Positions 41,693 through 50,584 of a stretch of 64,000 nucleotides of DNA are shown here, one piece after another. This DNA comes from Candidatus Eisenbergiella merdigallinarum. Lineage in GTDB: Bacteria > Bacillota > Clostridia > Lachnospirales > Lachnospiraceae. Where the stretch lies: the NCBI GenBank assembly GCA_019119355.1, contig DWXE01000010.1, positions 77,238 to 141,237 on the forward strand, in the 5' to 3' direction. The notes beneath the pieces are model-generated. The model was given only the letters and a program-made list of their open reading frames with translations. It was not told the origin of the DNA and did not search any database. The position numbers were made by a program, and so were the translations under genes. Within the stretch, counting starts at the first letter, position 1. Each line of letters starts with the position of its first letter.

Positions 41693-42363
41693 GACCGTCC
41701 CTCCAGGCGATAGCCGGCCATGCGGCTGGTGCGGATGTGGACGGCGGTTCCCAGGGCGTGGAGCTTTTGCCGCAGAAAGGAAATGTAGACCTCCACGTTG
41801 TTATAGTCCGCCGCCGAGTCGAGCCCCCAGACCCTGCTGAGCAGCAGCTCTTTCGGGAGCACCTGTCCGGGATTGCGCAAAAACATCTCCATCAGCTCGA
41901 ACTCCTTTTTCCCCAGCCGGATGGTATTGCCCCCGCAGGACAGCTCCATGCTGCCCCTGTCCAGGGAAAGGTCTTCGAACTGCAGAACGTCCTGGGTATA
42001 TCGGGGGCCCCGGCGGCTGATGGCCCGGATTCTGGCCAGCAGTTCCGCGGTGGAAAAGGGTTTGGGCAGATAGTCGTCGCTGCCCGCGTCCAGCCCCGTG
42101 ACGATGTCCGACAGCTCGGACCTGGCGGTAAGCAAAATCACGGGGGTATGAATCTTTTCCGCCCTCATTTTTCTGAGCACGGTGAGCCCGTCCTGGCCCG
42201 GCAGCATGATATCCAGCAGGATCAGATCGTAAATCCCGGTGCGGATGTACTCCAGCCCGTCGATTCCGTTGGACACGCAGTCCGTGAGATAACCGTTCTG
42301 ATTTAAAATTTCCGACAGCGCTTCCGACAGCGCCGTTTCGTCTTCCACGAGGAGCAGTCTCAT
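41689..42363 (-). CDS. OmpR-family response regulator
   Basis: MRLLLVED, LDIMLPG, LLTA, DDYLPKPF, winged-helix VEVYISFLRQKL...RMAGY. Confidence 0.95.
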   Translation of the reverse strand: MRLLLVEDETALSEALSEILNQNGYLTDCVSNGIDGLEYIRTGIYDLILLDIMLPGQDGLTVLRKMRAEKIHTPVILLTARSELSDIVTGLDAGSDDYLPKPFSTAELLARIRAISRRGPRYTQDVLQFEDLSLDRGSMELSCGGNTIRLGKKEFELMEMFLRNPGQVLPKELLLSRVWGLDSAADYNNVEVYISFLRQKLHALGTAVHIRTSRMAGYRLEGRS

Positions 42364-42417
42364 GTTCGCATGGGTTCCTTTCCGGGGATCCGTCCCGCGG
42401 CTTCCCCTTACAAATAG

Positions 42418-42448
42418 AATATACCACAAAGCTTAAAGGAAGATTGAA
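42418..42448 (-). promoter_or_regulatory. TTCAA-N6-TTTAAG box and extended -10 of the TCS operon
   Basis: Minus strand reads TTCAATCTTCCTTTAAG-CTTTGTGG-TATATT. Confidence 0.6.
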
Positions 42449-42574
42449 ATTATTTTGGCTCTTTTTTCCGCGGGCATCATTCGACATTTTATGCGGAATT
42501 GTAGCTTGATGCGGTTCCCCGTATGGAATATAGTAATCGCAGGACACATGTACCGGAGTGAAGGAGGGGCATTC

Positions 42575-43153
42575 ATGAACAGGCAGCCGGAAATCACAGA
42601 TGCGACGCGGAGCGCGTTTTTCGATGCGTATTTTCAGATGAGACAGAAAAAGGAGCTTTCGAAGATCACCGTCCGGAATATTACGGAGATAACCGGAAAC
42701 AGCAGATCCACTTTTTACCGGTACTTTGAAGACGTGTATGCGCTCGATGCGGCATTTCTGGAATCCGTCTATTCGGAGCTGGGCATGGAGATATTGAAAA
42801 GTTTCGGGGATATCGGAGACGAAAAGGCTTTTACAGATGATCTCTGCGGGATCTATGAGAGATGGGGCCCCCGCATCGATCTGATTTTTTCGGACCAGTA
42901 TCGAAACGGGGTCCACGTGCAGCTGAAGGAGTATATTTACCGGAATATGTTTCCGGATGCAGGCGGTCGGATCGTATCCGAAAGAACGCTCTTCCTCATC
43001 GACGCCTACGTGTCGGTGGTCGTTTCCGTGATCGGCAGGTGGGTGCTGAATCGGGATTCCATGTCGCTGCAGGAACTCGCGGGGCTGCTGAAAGATGTTC
43101 TGGATCAGGGGCTCTGTCATGAAATCAGAAAAATAAGAGAGGTGCGGTTATGA
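42575..43153 (+). CDS. TetR/AcrR family regulator
   Basis: KITVRNITEITGNSRSTFYRYFEDVY HTH; SD AAGGAGG. Confidence 0.88.
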   Translation: MNRQPEITDATRSAFFDAYFQMRQKKELSKITVRNITEITGNSRSTFYRYFEDVYALDAAFLESVYSELGMEILKSFGDIGDEKAFTDDLCGIYERWGPRIDLIFSDQYRNGVHVQLKEYIYRNMFPDAGGRIVSERTLFLIDAYVSVVVSVIGRWVLNRDSMSLQELAGLLKDVLDQGLCHEIRKIREVRL

Positions 43154-43803
43154 AAAAGATTATGGTGAAGTGGTGCAAAAGGCCCTGGCTGGTCGTCACA
43201 TATGCCATCGGAATTGCCATCGCCATGGTTTGCATTTTCCAGTGGGGGTTCTGGAAACCGGAGAAAAGGCTTCTGGCCATGCTGGGAATTCTTCTGCCTT
43301 TGCACGTATTCGAAGAAAATACCTACCCGGATGGCTTCCACTACATGATGAATCTGGCGCAAAATTCGGACCGGCCCGATCAGGGGCCCATGAACAGGCT
43401 GACGGACATGATTTCCAATTTCGGAGGCGAATTGCTGTTTCTGGCTCTATTCCTTTGGGGAGGAAATGCGGCGACGACCATTCTGGTTGCCTTTTTTGGC
43501 GTGGGGGAGACGGCGGTGCACCTCGTTTTGGGCATACTGACCCAAAAGAAGCTGAAGGACAGGGGGATGAAATCGATTTACGGCCCGGGGCTGGCTACAG
43601 CCTGCCTGACCATGCTCCCGCTGTCGATCTATGCGATACACGTTTTGAGCGGAGAGGCATTGGGAGCGTCGGATATCGTCGCCGGCGTCGTTTTCATCGC
43701 GGGGGTAATCGCGTTGCTCATCCGGATTCCGATGATGGTGTTCGGGAAATTCCAGCCGGAATACGCCTTTGAGTCCAGCGGATATTTTCGGAAATTTGAG
43801 TGA
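43150..43803 (+). CDS. HXXEE-domain membrane protein
   Basis: LHVFEE...P.GF, E...H, YGPGLAT; several TM helices. Confidence 0.85.
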   Translation: MKKIMVKWCKRPWLVVTYAIGIAIAMVCIFQWGFWKPEKRLLAMLGILLPLHVFEENTYPDGFHYMMNLAQNSDRPDQGPMNRLTDMISNFGGELLFLALFLWGGNAATTILVAFFGVGETAVHLVLGILTQKKLKDRGMKSIYGPGLATACLTMLPLSIYAIHVLSGEALGASDIVAGVVFIAGVIALLIRIPMMVFGKFQPEYAFESSGYFRKFE

Positions 43804-43903
43804 ATTGCCTTTCCGATAGATAAGCAAAGATTTCTATGATATACTGAAGGTGCGCGAAGGGAAAATCATATAAGCAAGCGACCTGTTTGGAACGGAGGCA
43901 TAT

Positions 43904-44254
43904 ATGGATAAGATCAGGGATGAAAAGTTAAAAAGCATTTTACAGGAAATGTCAGAGCTTCTCCATCAGGTATATGGCAATCGGCTGAAGGCTGTGATAT
44001 TATACGGATCCGTAGCGAGAGGAACACAGGAAAAGGATTCCGATGTGGATATCATGGTCCTGGTAGATGCTACAGATACAGAACTGAAGAAATATGATGA
44101 AAGACTCAGCGATGTTTCCACAGAGATGGCGTTGAAGTATTTTATGGTCTTCTCCATCATCGATGTAAGATATCAGGAATATATGGACTGGAGAGAGGTC
44201 TCCCCATTTTATAAAAATGTAGATAAGGAGGGGATTGTACTTTATGCAGCTTGA
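43904..44254 (+). CDS. MNT (minimal nucleotidyltransferase) antitoxin
   Basis: LYGSVARG...DSDVD (GS-X10-DXD); ends NVDKEGI. Confidence 0.9.
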   Translation: MDKIRDEKLKSILQEMSELLHQVYGNRLKAVILYGSVARGTQEKDSDVDIMVLVDATDTELKKYDERLSDVSTEMALKYFMVFSIIDVRYQEYMDWREVSPFYKNVDKEGIVLYAA

Positions 44255-44648
44255 TACCGGAACATTGTGCGGATACAGGCTGGAGCGGGCAAAAGAAGAT
44301 TTGCAGGCGGCCAGAGTGAACCATGAATCCGGATTGTTTAAAGCTTCTGTCAACCGTTCCTACTATGCAATTTTTCATGGGATTCGGGCAGTGAATATTC
44401 TGAATGGCTTTGACGCATCAAAGCATAGTTCTGTTATCGCACATTTTAATCAGTATTTCGTGCATACTGGCGAATTTGAGAGGGGCTTGTATAAGATTAT
44501 CGATGGAGCATACCGCATTCGTGAAAAATCGGATTATTCGGATTTTTTTGTGGTATCAAAAGGGGACTCTGCCATTCAGCTGGAACATGCGGAAGCATTT
44601 ATCAAAGCGGTGGAAGAGTATGTTCGAAAGAAAAATATACGGATATGA
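44244..44648 (+). CDS. HEPN domain protein (MNT-HEPN pair)
   Basis: NRSYYAIFH, KHSSVI..F, REKSDY; overlaps the MNT stop. Confidence 0.88.
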   Translation: MQLDTGTLCGYRLERAKEDLQAARVNHESGLFKASVNRSYYAIFHGIRAVNILNGFDASKHSSVIAHFNQYFVHTGEFERGLYKIIDGAYRIREKSDYSDFFVVSKGDSAIQLEHAEAFIKAVEEYVRKKNIRI

Positions 44649-44767
44649 CACGATGAAATAACAGAATCGAACCCTCTTGATTTTTCCGGGCTGCCGGACT
44701 ACAATATAACCGTCATATGTCGAAAACGAAGTTCGAACCGCAGGAGCGTTTCGAAAGGGAGGGAGCC

Positions 44768-45556
44768 ATGCCGAGACCCAGCCGTTGCAGGAGGATCTGC
44801 TGCGAGCCAAAATACGACCGTTTTGCTCCGCCGGGGGCCGGGGAAAAAGAACCGGTTTTCCTGACGGTGGACGAATTCGAAGCCGTCCGGCTGATCGATT
44901 ATGAGAAGCGAACCCATGAACAGTGCGCCGTGCAGATGGGCGTTTCCCGCACCACGGTGACGGAGATGTACGAACGGGCCAGGGAAAAGATCGCGGACTG
45001 TCTCGTCAACGGGAAGGCGCTGCGCATCTGCGGCGGCCATTACAGGGTCTGCGACGGTTCCCCGCGGGGGCGCTGCGGCGGAAGCTGCGAAAGAAGCCGC
45101 GCGTCGGCAGAATTGCGGGACATGGACAGAAAGGAAGAAGAGAGGATGAAAATTGCAGTCACTTATGAAAACGGGAACGTATTCCAGCATTTCGGGCATA
45201 CGGAGCAGTTTAAGGTATATGAGGCGGAAGGCGGCTCGGTGGTGAGCTCCAGGGTCGTGGATACCGAAGGGAGCGGCCACGGGGCTCTGGCGGGGATGCT
45301 GGCGGAGCTGGGCGTGGACGCCCTCATCTGCGGAGGGATCGGCGCGGGCGCTCAGATGGCGCTGGCGGAAGCGGGTATCCGGCTTTTTGGCGGGGTGTCC
45401 GGCAGCGCGGACGAGGCGGTAAGCGCCCTGCTGGCGGGGACGCTCTCCTGGCAGCCCGACGTGCGCTGCGATCACCACGGCCATGGGCACCATGGGGAAG
45501 GGCATTCCTGCGGGGCGGAGAAAGGCGGCTGCGGCGGAAACGGAAGCTGTCGCTGA
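44768..45556 (+). CDS. DUF134 DNA-binding domain fused to a NifB/NifX (FeMo-co-binding-like) domain with a His/Cys tail
   Basis: MPRPSRCRRI, EFEAVRLIDY, MGVSRTT; then MKIAV...FQHFG...GGIGAGA...CDHHGHGHHGEGHSC. Confidence 0.88.
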   Translation: MPRPSRCRRICCEPKYDRFAPPGAGEKEPVFLTVDEFEAVRLIDYEKRTHEQCAVQMGVSRTTVTEMYERAREKIADCLVNGKALRICGGHYRVCDGSPRGRCGGSCERSRASAELRDMDRKEEERMKIAVTYENGNVFQHFGHTEQFKVYEAEGGSVVSSRVVDTEGSGHGALAGMLAELGVDALICGGIGAGAQMALAEAGIRLFGGVSGSADEAVSALLAGTLSWQPDVRCDHHGHGHHGEGHSCGAEKGGCGGNGSCR

Positions 45557-45573
45557 AAACTTCCGGGGCCGTT

Positions 45574-46548
45574 TCAGAAAGGCTCCCGGGGAGCGCGGGG
45601 CGTATCCCGGTACAGAGCCAGCAGCTCTTCGATTTGCAGATTCAGATTTTCGGGCGGCAGGGCGTTGTGGCCGTCCGCCCATTTCAGCCATACGTTCAGG
45701 CGCTGTCCCCTGTTTCGCCCTCTGTTTTTGGGGCCGGACGGGTCGGAAGCGGCCTGAATGCGGATGCGGACCCTTCGCTGTTCCAGAAGGGGAACGACCA
45801 CATAATATAGACGATCATCGGGAAAGGAAAGATAGCCGGCTTCCTTTCCCGATTTTTGTTTGACATAGAGGCGATGCCGTCTGAGCGCGGAGGGATACAG
45901 CGGTTCCTCCTCCGAAAAAACGGCGGGCGCTCCGGAGGGCTCCAGCATGGCGGAAAGGCAGAAGACAGGCTCTCCAGAACGATCCGGAGGGCATTTTTTG
46001 GCCAGCCGGGGAAGGAGGGCGGTCCCGTCGATGAACTGCTGCGCCAGAAGATAGGCCAGCTGCGCGTGAATCCCTTCGCGCGATGGAGGGCTGACCCGGT
46101 TTAAGGCGGCGTCCGCTTCGTCCAGGATTTCCCTGCTGCACCGGTATATGCTGAGCAAAAAGAGCGGGAAATCCTCTTCGACGCGCCACAGATATTTTCC
46201 CTTCGCGATGGGAAAGCTGCCCAGAGGGGCGCCGTCCTGATCCTCCGCGTAGCACAGGATCTCCCGACCGGCATAGGCGTTGGGATTGAGGGGAGCGTCC
46301 CAGCCGGCATTTTTCTGCGGATCCGGATCCCGTTCGGCGGAGGCGCGGGAGGGGGCTTTTTTCCCTGGCACGGCGGCGCCCTTTAAAACGGCGTAAGCCA
46401 GATTCAGTTCCCGGGCCCGGTCCGGAACGGCGTCCTTTCCCGCGTCCGGATGCGCCTGCATCATGAGCCTGCGGTATGTCCTTTTCAGTTCCGCCCCGTC
46501 CGCTCCGGGGGAGAGCCCCAGAATGCGGTATGCTTCCCGTTCGGTCAT
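45574..46548 (-). CDS. J-domain protein with an uncharacterised C-terminal region
   Basis: AYRILGL...LKRTYRRLMMQAHPD...ELNLAYAVL; SD GGAGG. Confidence 0.85.
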   Translation of the reverse strand: MTEREAYRILGLSPGADGAELKRTYRRLMMQAHPDAGKDAVPDRARELNLAYAVLKGAAVPGKKAPSRASAERDPDPQKNAGWDAPLNPNAYAGREILCYAEDQDGAPLGSFPIAKGKYLWRVEEDFPLFLLSIYRCSREILDEADAALNRVSPPSREGIHAQLAYLLAQQFIDGTALLPRLAKKCPPDRSGEPVFCLSAMLEPSGAPAVFSEEEPLYPSALRRHRLYVKQKSGKEAGYLSFPDDRLYYVVVPLLEQRRVRIRIQAASDPSGPKNRGRNRGQRLNVWLKWADGHNALPPENLNLQIEELLALYRDTPRAPREPF

Positions 46549-46646
46549 GTTGCCTCCATTCCGTAGCGCCTTCGCGCTCCGCCCGCCGTTGTTTTTTCTG
46601 TCATGGAATCAGTATATCCCCATCTTCGGCCCTTCGCAAAAGAAAT

Positions 46647-46711
46647 TTCACAAAAATCTCACAGAATTGGCCTGTCCCTTCAAGGTTGGTTTAAGAAAGA
46701 GCCTTTACAAT
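46647..46711 (+). promoter_or_regulatory. Promoter region of the triple-adaptor ABC operon with two direct-repeat boxes
   Basis: TTCACA-N5-CTCACA (46647-46663), TTCAA-N6-TTTAAG (46679-46695), -10 TACAAT (46706-46711). Confidence 0.6.
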
Positions 46712-46752
46712 GGCGATGTCGGCAAAATGGAAAAGCGGACAGGAGGGTTTTC

Positions 46753-48972
46753 GTGAAGATCAAAAAGAGGAAGAAAATATGGATCGCCGGATCCGCCCTG
46801 GCGGCCGGATGCGCGGCCGGCGCCGCAGGAATCTGGCTGTATCAGAACCGGGAGAGCGGGCCGGAGATGCCCCGGCTGCCGGAGGGGATGGAGCTCTCGG
46901 AAAACGTGATCACCGCTTCCGGGCTGACCGCGACGGGGATGTCGGAGGAGAGCTGGGAGCTGGGATTTCTGGAGGACGGCCTGTATGTGGAGGAGACATA
47001 TCTGAACCTGGGTGACGAGGTGGAGGCCGGGACGGCGGTCTTTCAGGTGTCGGAGGACAGCCTTGAAAACGCGCGCCAGGAACTGAACAAAGCGGTGACG
47101 GAGACGTCTTTGAGCCGGCGGGAAGGGGAGATTTCCTATCAGACCGGCCTGATCGAGGCGGAAAAAGAACGGGATCTGGCGGCGGCGGAAGCGGCCTATG
47201 CGCAGACCGTCTACGATAACGCGGTGAAAGAGGCGCAGGATTCCCTGGACGACGTGCAGGAGCAGGTGGATGACGCCGCCCGGAAAGTGGAGGAATACAC
47301 CGCTTCCATCGAAGAGGACTATTATTATACTTATTATGAAGTGGGCGAGCTGGAAGCGGTCTGGAAGGAAAACGCCGCTTTGCTGATGGAATTGTATGAA
47401 TCCTGGGACGTGGACAGCCTGGAGGGCATTTTCGGCGGCTCCGGGGGGAAAAACGGGATCGGCTACGTCAGCAATCAGGTGACCGCGTCCACTCAGACGT
47501 CTCAGGGGACGGCGTCGGGCGCATCATCGGGTGCATCCTCAGGCCTTTCCGGGGACAGTTCTTCCGGACTTCCTTCGGATGTTTCGGCGCCGGAGGGAGG
47601 ATCCTTCTTCTCACAGGATAGCGTCGTAAGGACAACGTCGTCGGAGAGCGGGGCGTCGGAAGCTTCTTCCCAAACCGGGGAATCCGGGGATGGAAACGGA
47701 GGGGAATCGTCTTCTTCGACCGGGGATAGTTCCGGGGAAAGCCCTTCTTCGGAGGGGGAAACTTCCGGGGGAGAATCCTCTTCCGAGGAGGAGAGTTCTT
47801 CCGAAGAGGAGAGCTCCGGGCAGGAGGAAGATTCTGAGGAAGAGGAGAGCCCTTCCGGGGAAGGGACGTCCGGGGAGGAATCCCCCTCTCAGGAAGAAGG
47901 CGGAGAAAGGCCGGAAGGGGAGCGCCCTTCTTTTGGCGGCGGCTTTGGCGGCGCCGGAGGGGGGACGGTCAGCGGCAACGGCATTCCCGAAGGGGGAATG
48001 ACCGTCAACGTCGGCGACGATGAAATCAAATATAATATCTGGCTCGCGCTGGAAGAAGAGACCGAGGAGAGCGAATCCGCATACGAAGAAGCGCTGGAAG
48101 CGTACGAGACCGCGAAGGAACAGGCGGAAGCGGGGATCGCCCAGGCGCAGAACGAGCTGGCGGTCCTGAACGCTCAGCTGGAGGAAGAAAAGATCGCGTA
48201 TGAGCAGGCCGTCATCGAGGCGCAGCAGGAATACGATATGGCCATGGCGAACCAGGAGTCCGCGCAGACGGTGTACGAAACAGCGGTGAAACAGCTGGAA
48301 GAGGATCTGTCGGCCCTCCGCGACGAGGAAGAAACCGCAGCTGAGAACCTGGAGCTGTTCGAAGAGGTGATCGGGGACGGAACGTTTTATACCGACGCCG
48401 CCGGTACGGTGGTGATGAATAACGTGCGGCGGGAGAGCTGGCTGACGGAGGACACCGTGGTGCTGGCGTTTTCCAGTCTGGACAGCGTATCCGTGGCGGC
48501 GAGCATCGCTCAGGAGAACATCGCGGACATTTCCATCGGGGATGAAGTGTGGGTGGCGGTCAGCGGCTACAGCACATTTACGGGGAAGGTGACCAGCTTC
48601 AACCCGGTTTCCTCTTCCGGCAGCAACTCCTCCGTCACCTATACCGTTAATGTGGAGCTGGAAGGAGACGTGGGAGGGCTGGAATCCAACCTGACCGCGT
48701 ATGTCTATTTCGGCCTGACGGAAGAGGAAAGGGAACTTCTGGAACAGTCCGCCAACGCGCAGGGCAGAGAAGGGGCCGGAAACGGCGAGGATCAGCCGTC
48801 CATGGACGGCGGACAGATGCCGGAGGGAATCGAATTGCCGGAAGGGATGGAGATCCCCGAAGGAATGGAACTGCCGGAAGGGATGGAAGCGCCCGGTGGA
48901 GACGGAATGGCGGAGAGATCCGACAGATCCGGCGGCGGACGAAATCCCGGCGATGAAGGAGGCGGACGATGA
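46753..48972 (+). CDS. HlyD/MacA-type membrane fusion (adaptor) protein 1 with a large Ser/Glu/Gly insertion
   Basis: N-terminal TM, VEETYLNLGDEVEAG lipoyl half, long coiled coil, TDAAGTV, beta-barrel QENIADISIGD...TYTVNVEL; GTG start after AGGAGG. Confidence 0.85.
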   Translation: MKIKKRKKIWIAGSALAAGCAAGAAGIWLYQNRESGPEMPRLPEGMELSENVITASGLTATGMSEESWELGFLEDGLYVEETYLNLGDEVEAGTAVFQVSEDSLENARQELNKAVTETSLSRREGEISYQTGLIEAEKERDLAAAEAAYAQTVYDNAVKEAQDSLDDVQEQVDDAARKVEEYTASIEEDYYYTYYEVGELEAVWKENAALLMELYESWDVDSLEGIFGGSGGKNGIGYVSNQVTASTQTSQGTASGASSGASSGLSGDSSSGLPSDVSAPEGGSFFSQDSVVRTTSSESGASEASSQTGESGDGNGGESSSSTGDSSGESPSSEGETSGGESSSEEESSSEEESSGQEEDSEEEESPSGEGTSGEESPSQEEGGERPEGERPSFGGGFGGAGGGTVSGNGIPEGGMTVNVGDDEIKYNIWLALEEETEESESAYEEALEAYETAKEQAEAGIAQAQNELAVLNAQLEEEKIAYEQAVIEAQQEYDMAMANQESAQTVYETAVKQLEEDLSALRDEEETAAENLELFEEVIGDGTFYTDAAGTVVMNNVRRESWLTEDTVVLAFSSLDSVSVAASIAQENIADISIGDEVWVAVSGYSTFTGKVTSFNPVSSSGSNSSVTYTVNVELEGDVGGLESNLTAYVYFGLTEEERELLEQSANAQGREGAGNGEDQPSMDGGQMPEGIELPEGMEIPEGMELPEGMEAPGGDGMAERSDRSGGGRNPGDEGGGR
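48820..48891 (+). repeat. Four 18-bp coding repeats (PEG[IM]E[LIA])
   Basis: PEGIEL PEGMEI PEGMEL PEGMEA. Confidence 0.85.
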
Positions 48973-50576
48973 AAAAGAAACCGTTAAAAATGCCGAGGAA
49001 GAAAACGCTCCGTCTCTGCGCGCTGGGCCTGGCCCTGTTGCTCCTGGCCGGAGCGGCCGGATATACCGTATGGATCCAGCGCGGGAAGGAAGAGAAAACC
49101 TATGTTTATAAAGAGGAAACTGTGGCGCGCGGCGACGTGGTGCAGGGAGTCATGGAGAGCGGAAACGTCTCCCTGACGGAAAGCGACATCGCCTGGGAAG
49201 TGGATCTTTCGGAGGAAGAGGACGGGGATGACAGCTCGGAAGATGAGGATGAGGACGACGAGGAGATCCGTTACCTGGAAATCGAAGAGGTCTTCGTCGT
49301 AACCGGACAGAGGATCAGCCAGGGAGACCCCCTCTTTTCCATCTCCCAGGAGAGCCGGGAGGGCGTAGCGCGTTATCTTCAGTCTTCGGTGACGGAAAAG
49401 GAAATCGCCCTGGCCACAGCGGAATCGGAATATAAAACGGGAGCGCTGGAGGCGAAGGGAACCTATGACAGCAGCGTGCTGACGGCCAATACGGCCGATG
49501 CGGCGCTGAACGCGGAGCTGACCCGGCTGAACGGGGAAATCGACAGCCTCACGTCGCAGGTCAGCGTTCTGGAGCTGGAGGTCAACCGCTGTCTGGAGAA
49601 ACTGACGGACGGGGATTTTCTGGATTCCCTGGAAGAAGCGCGGCAGGATTACGAGAGCGCGAAAGAAAAGTACGAGGAAACGGATCCTCACGTGGTAGCG
49701 GCCTATACCGCCAACTATCAGAGCTACGCTTCGGCGAAGCAGCAATATGAGAGCCTGCTGTCCCAGAAGGAGGAATGGGAGGAAACCGTGGCCCAAAACC
49801 AGGAAACCATTCTGGAAAACAACGGGGAGATCCTGGAAAAGCAGAGCATTCTGGAAGCGAAGCGGACGGACGCCCAAAATACCTATGAACTGAACCGCGC
49901 TTCGGGAGATCTGGCCTCCGAGATCTATTCCTATACGAAGCAGAGCCTCCAGGAATCCGTGGACAGCGCCCGGGAGGAATACGATCGGGCTGTGGAAACT
50001 CTGGAAGAGCTGCAGGCCTTCGTCGGGGATGACGGCATCGTCTATGCGGACGGGGACGGCCTGGTGACGAACATCTATTATGAAGCGGGGGACCGGCTGA
50101 CCCGGACGGGGACGCTTCTCTCCTATGCGAAGGCGGAAGAATATACGGTTACGGTGGACGTTTCCGAAGAGGATATCGCGGACATCGGGATCGGGGACAG
50201 CGTGCGGGTGGCTTTTACCGCATATCCGGACGAAATCTGGAGCGGGACGGTGGATTCGATCACCACCACCAAAACCTCTGACTATGCGGCTACGGTGAGC
50301 TATCCGGTGGAAATCCGCATCGAAGGGGACACGGAGCGTCTGTTCGGAGGAATGACCGCTGAGGTGACTTTCGTAACCGAAATGGCGTCCGACGTGCTCT
50401 ACGTTTCCAGAAAGGCCATCGTGGATCAGGACGGAAAAACGTATGTATACGTGGGAGACGGCGAAGAAAAGCAGCTGCGGGAAGTGGTGACCGGGCTTAA
50501 AAACAGCACTCTGGTGGAAATTCAGGAAGGTCTGTCCGAAGGGGACACGATCTATATTCAAAGCGTGACGGATTGA
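48969..50576 (+). CDS. HlyD/MacA-type membrane fusion protein 2
   Basis: TM, VARGDV...SGNV, IEEVFVVTGQRISQGD, VSEEDIADIGIG, GGMTAEV, VVTGLKN...GLSEGD. Confidence 0.9.
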   Translation: MKKKPLKMPRKKTLRLCALGLALLLLAGAAGYTVWIQRGKEEKTYVYKEETVARGDVVQGVMESGNVSLTESDIAWEVDLSEEEDGDDSSEDEDEDDEEIRYLEIEEVFVVTGQRISQGDPLFSISQESREGVARYLQSSVTEKEIALATAESEYKTGALEAKGTYDSSVLTANTADAALNAELTRLNGEIDSLTSQVSVLELEVNRCLEKLTDGDFLDSLEEARQDYESAKEKYEETDPHVVAAYTANYQSYASAKQQYESLLSQKEEWEETVAQNQETILENNGEILEKQSILEAKRTDAQNTYELNRASGDLASEIYSYTKQSLQESVDSAREEYDRAVETLEELQAFVGDDGIVYADGDGLVTNIYYEAGDRLTRTGTLLSYAKAEEYTVTVDVSEEDIADIGIGDSVRVAFTAYPDEIWSGTVDSITTTKTSDYAATVSYPVEIRIEGDTERLFGGMTAEVTFVTEMASDVLYVSRKAIVDQDGKTYVYVGDGEEKQLREVVTGLKNSTLVEIQEGLSEGDTIYIQSVTD

Positions 50577-50584
50577 GAGGGCGT

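Noticed and set aside
43904-44648. MNT-HEPN as a novel defence system
   Set aside because: Well-known, widespread pair; kept only as part of the AT-rich islet
46603-46752. N-terminal extension of adaptor 1
   Set aside because: It covers the promoter region; the GTG at 46753 has an AGGAGG SD
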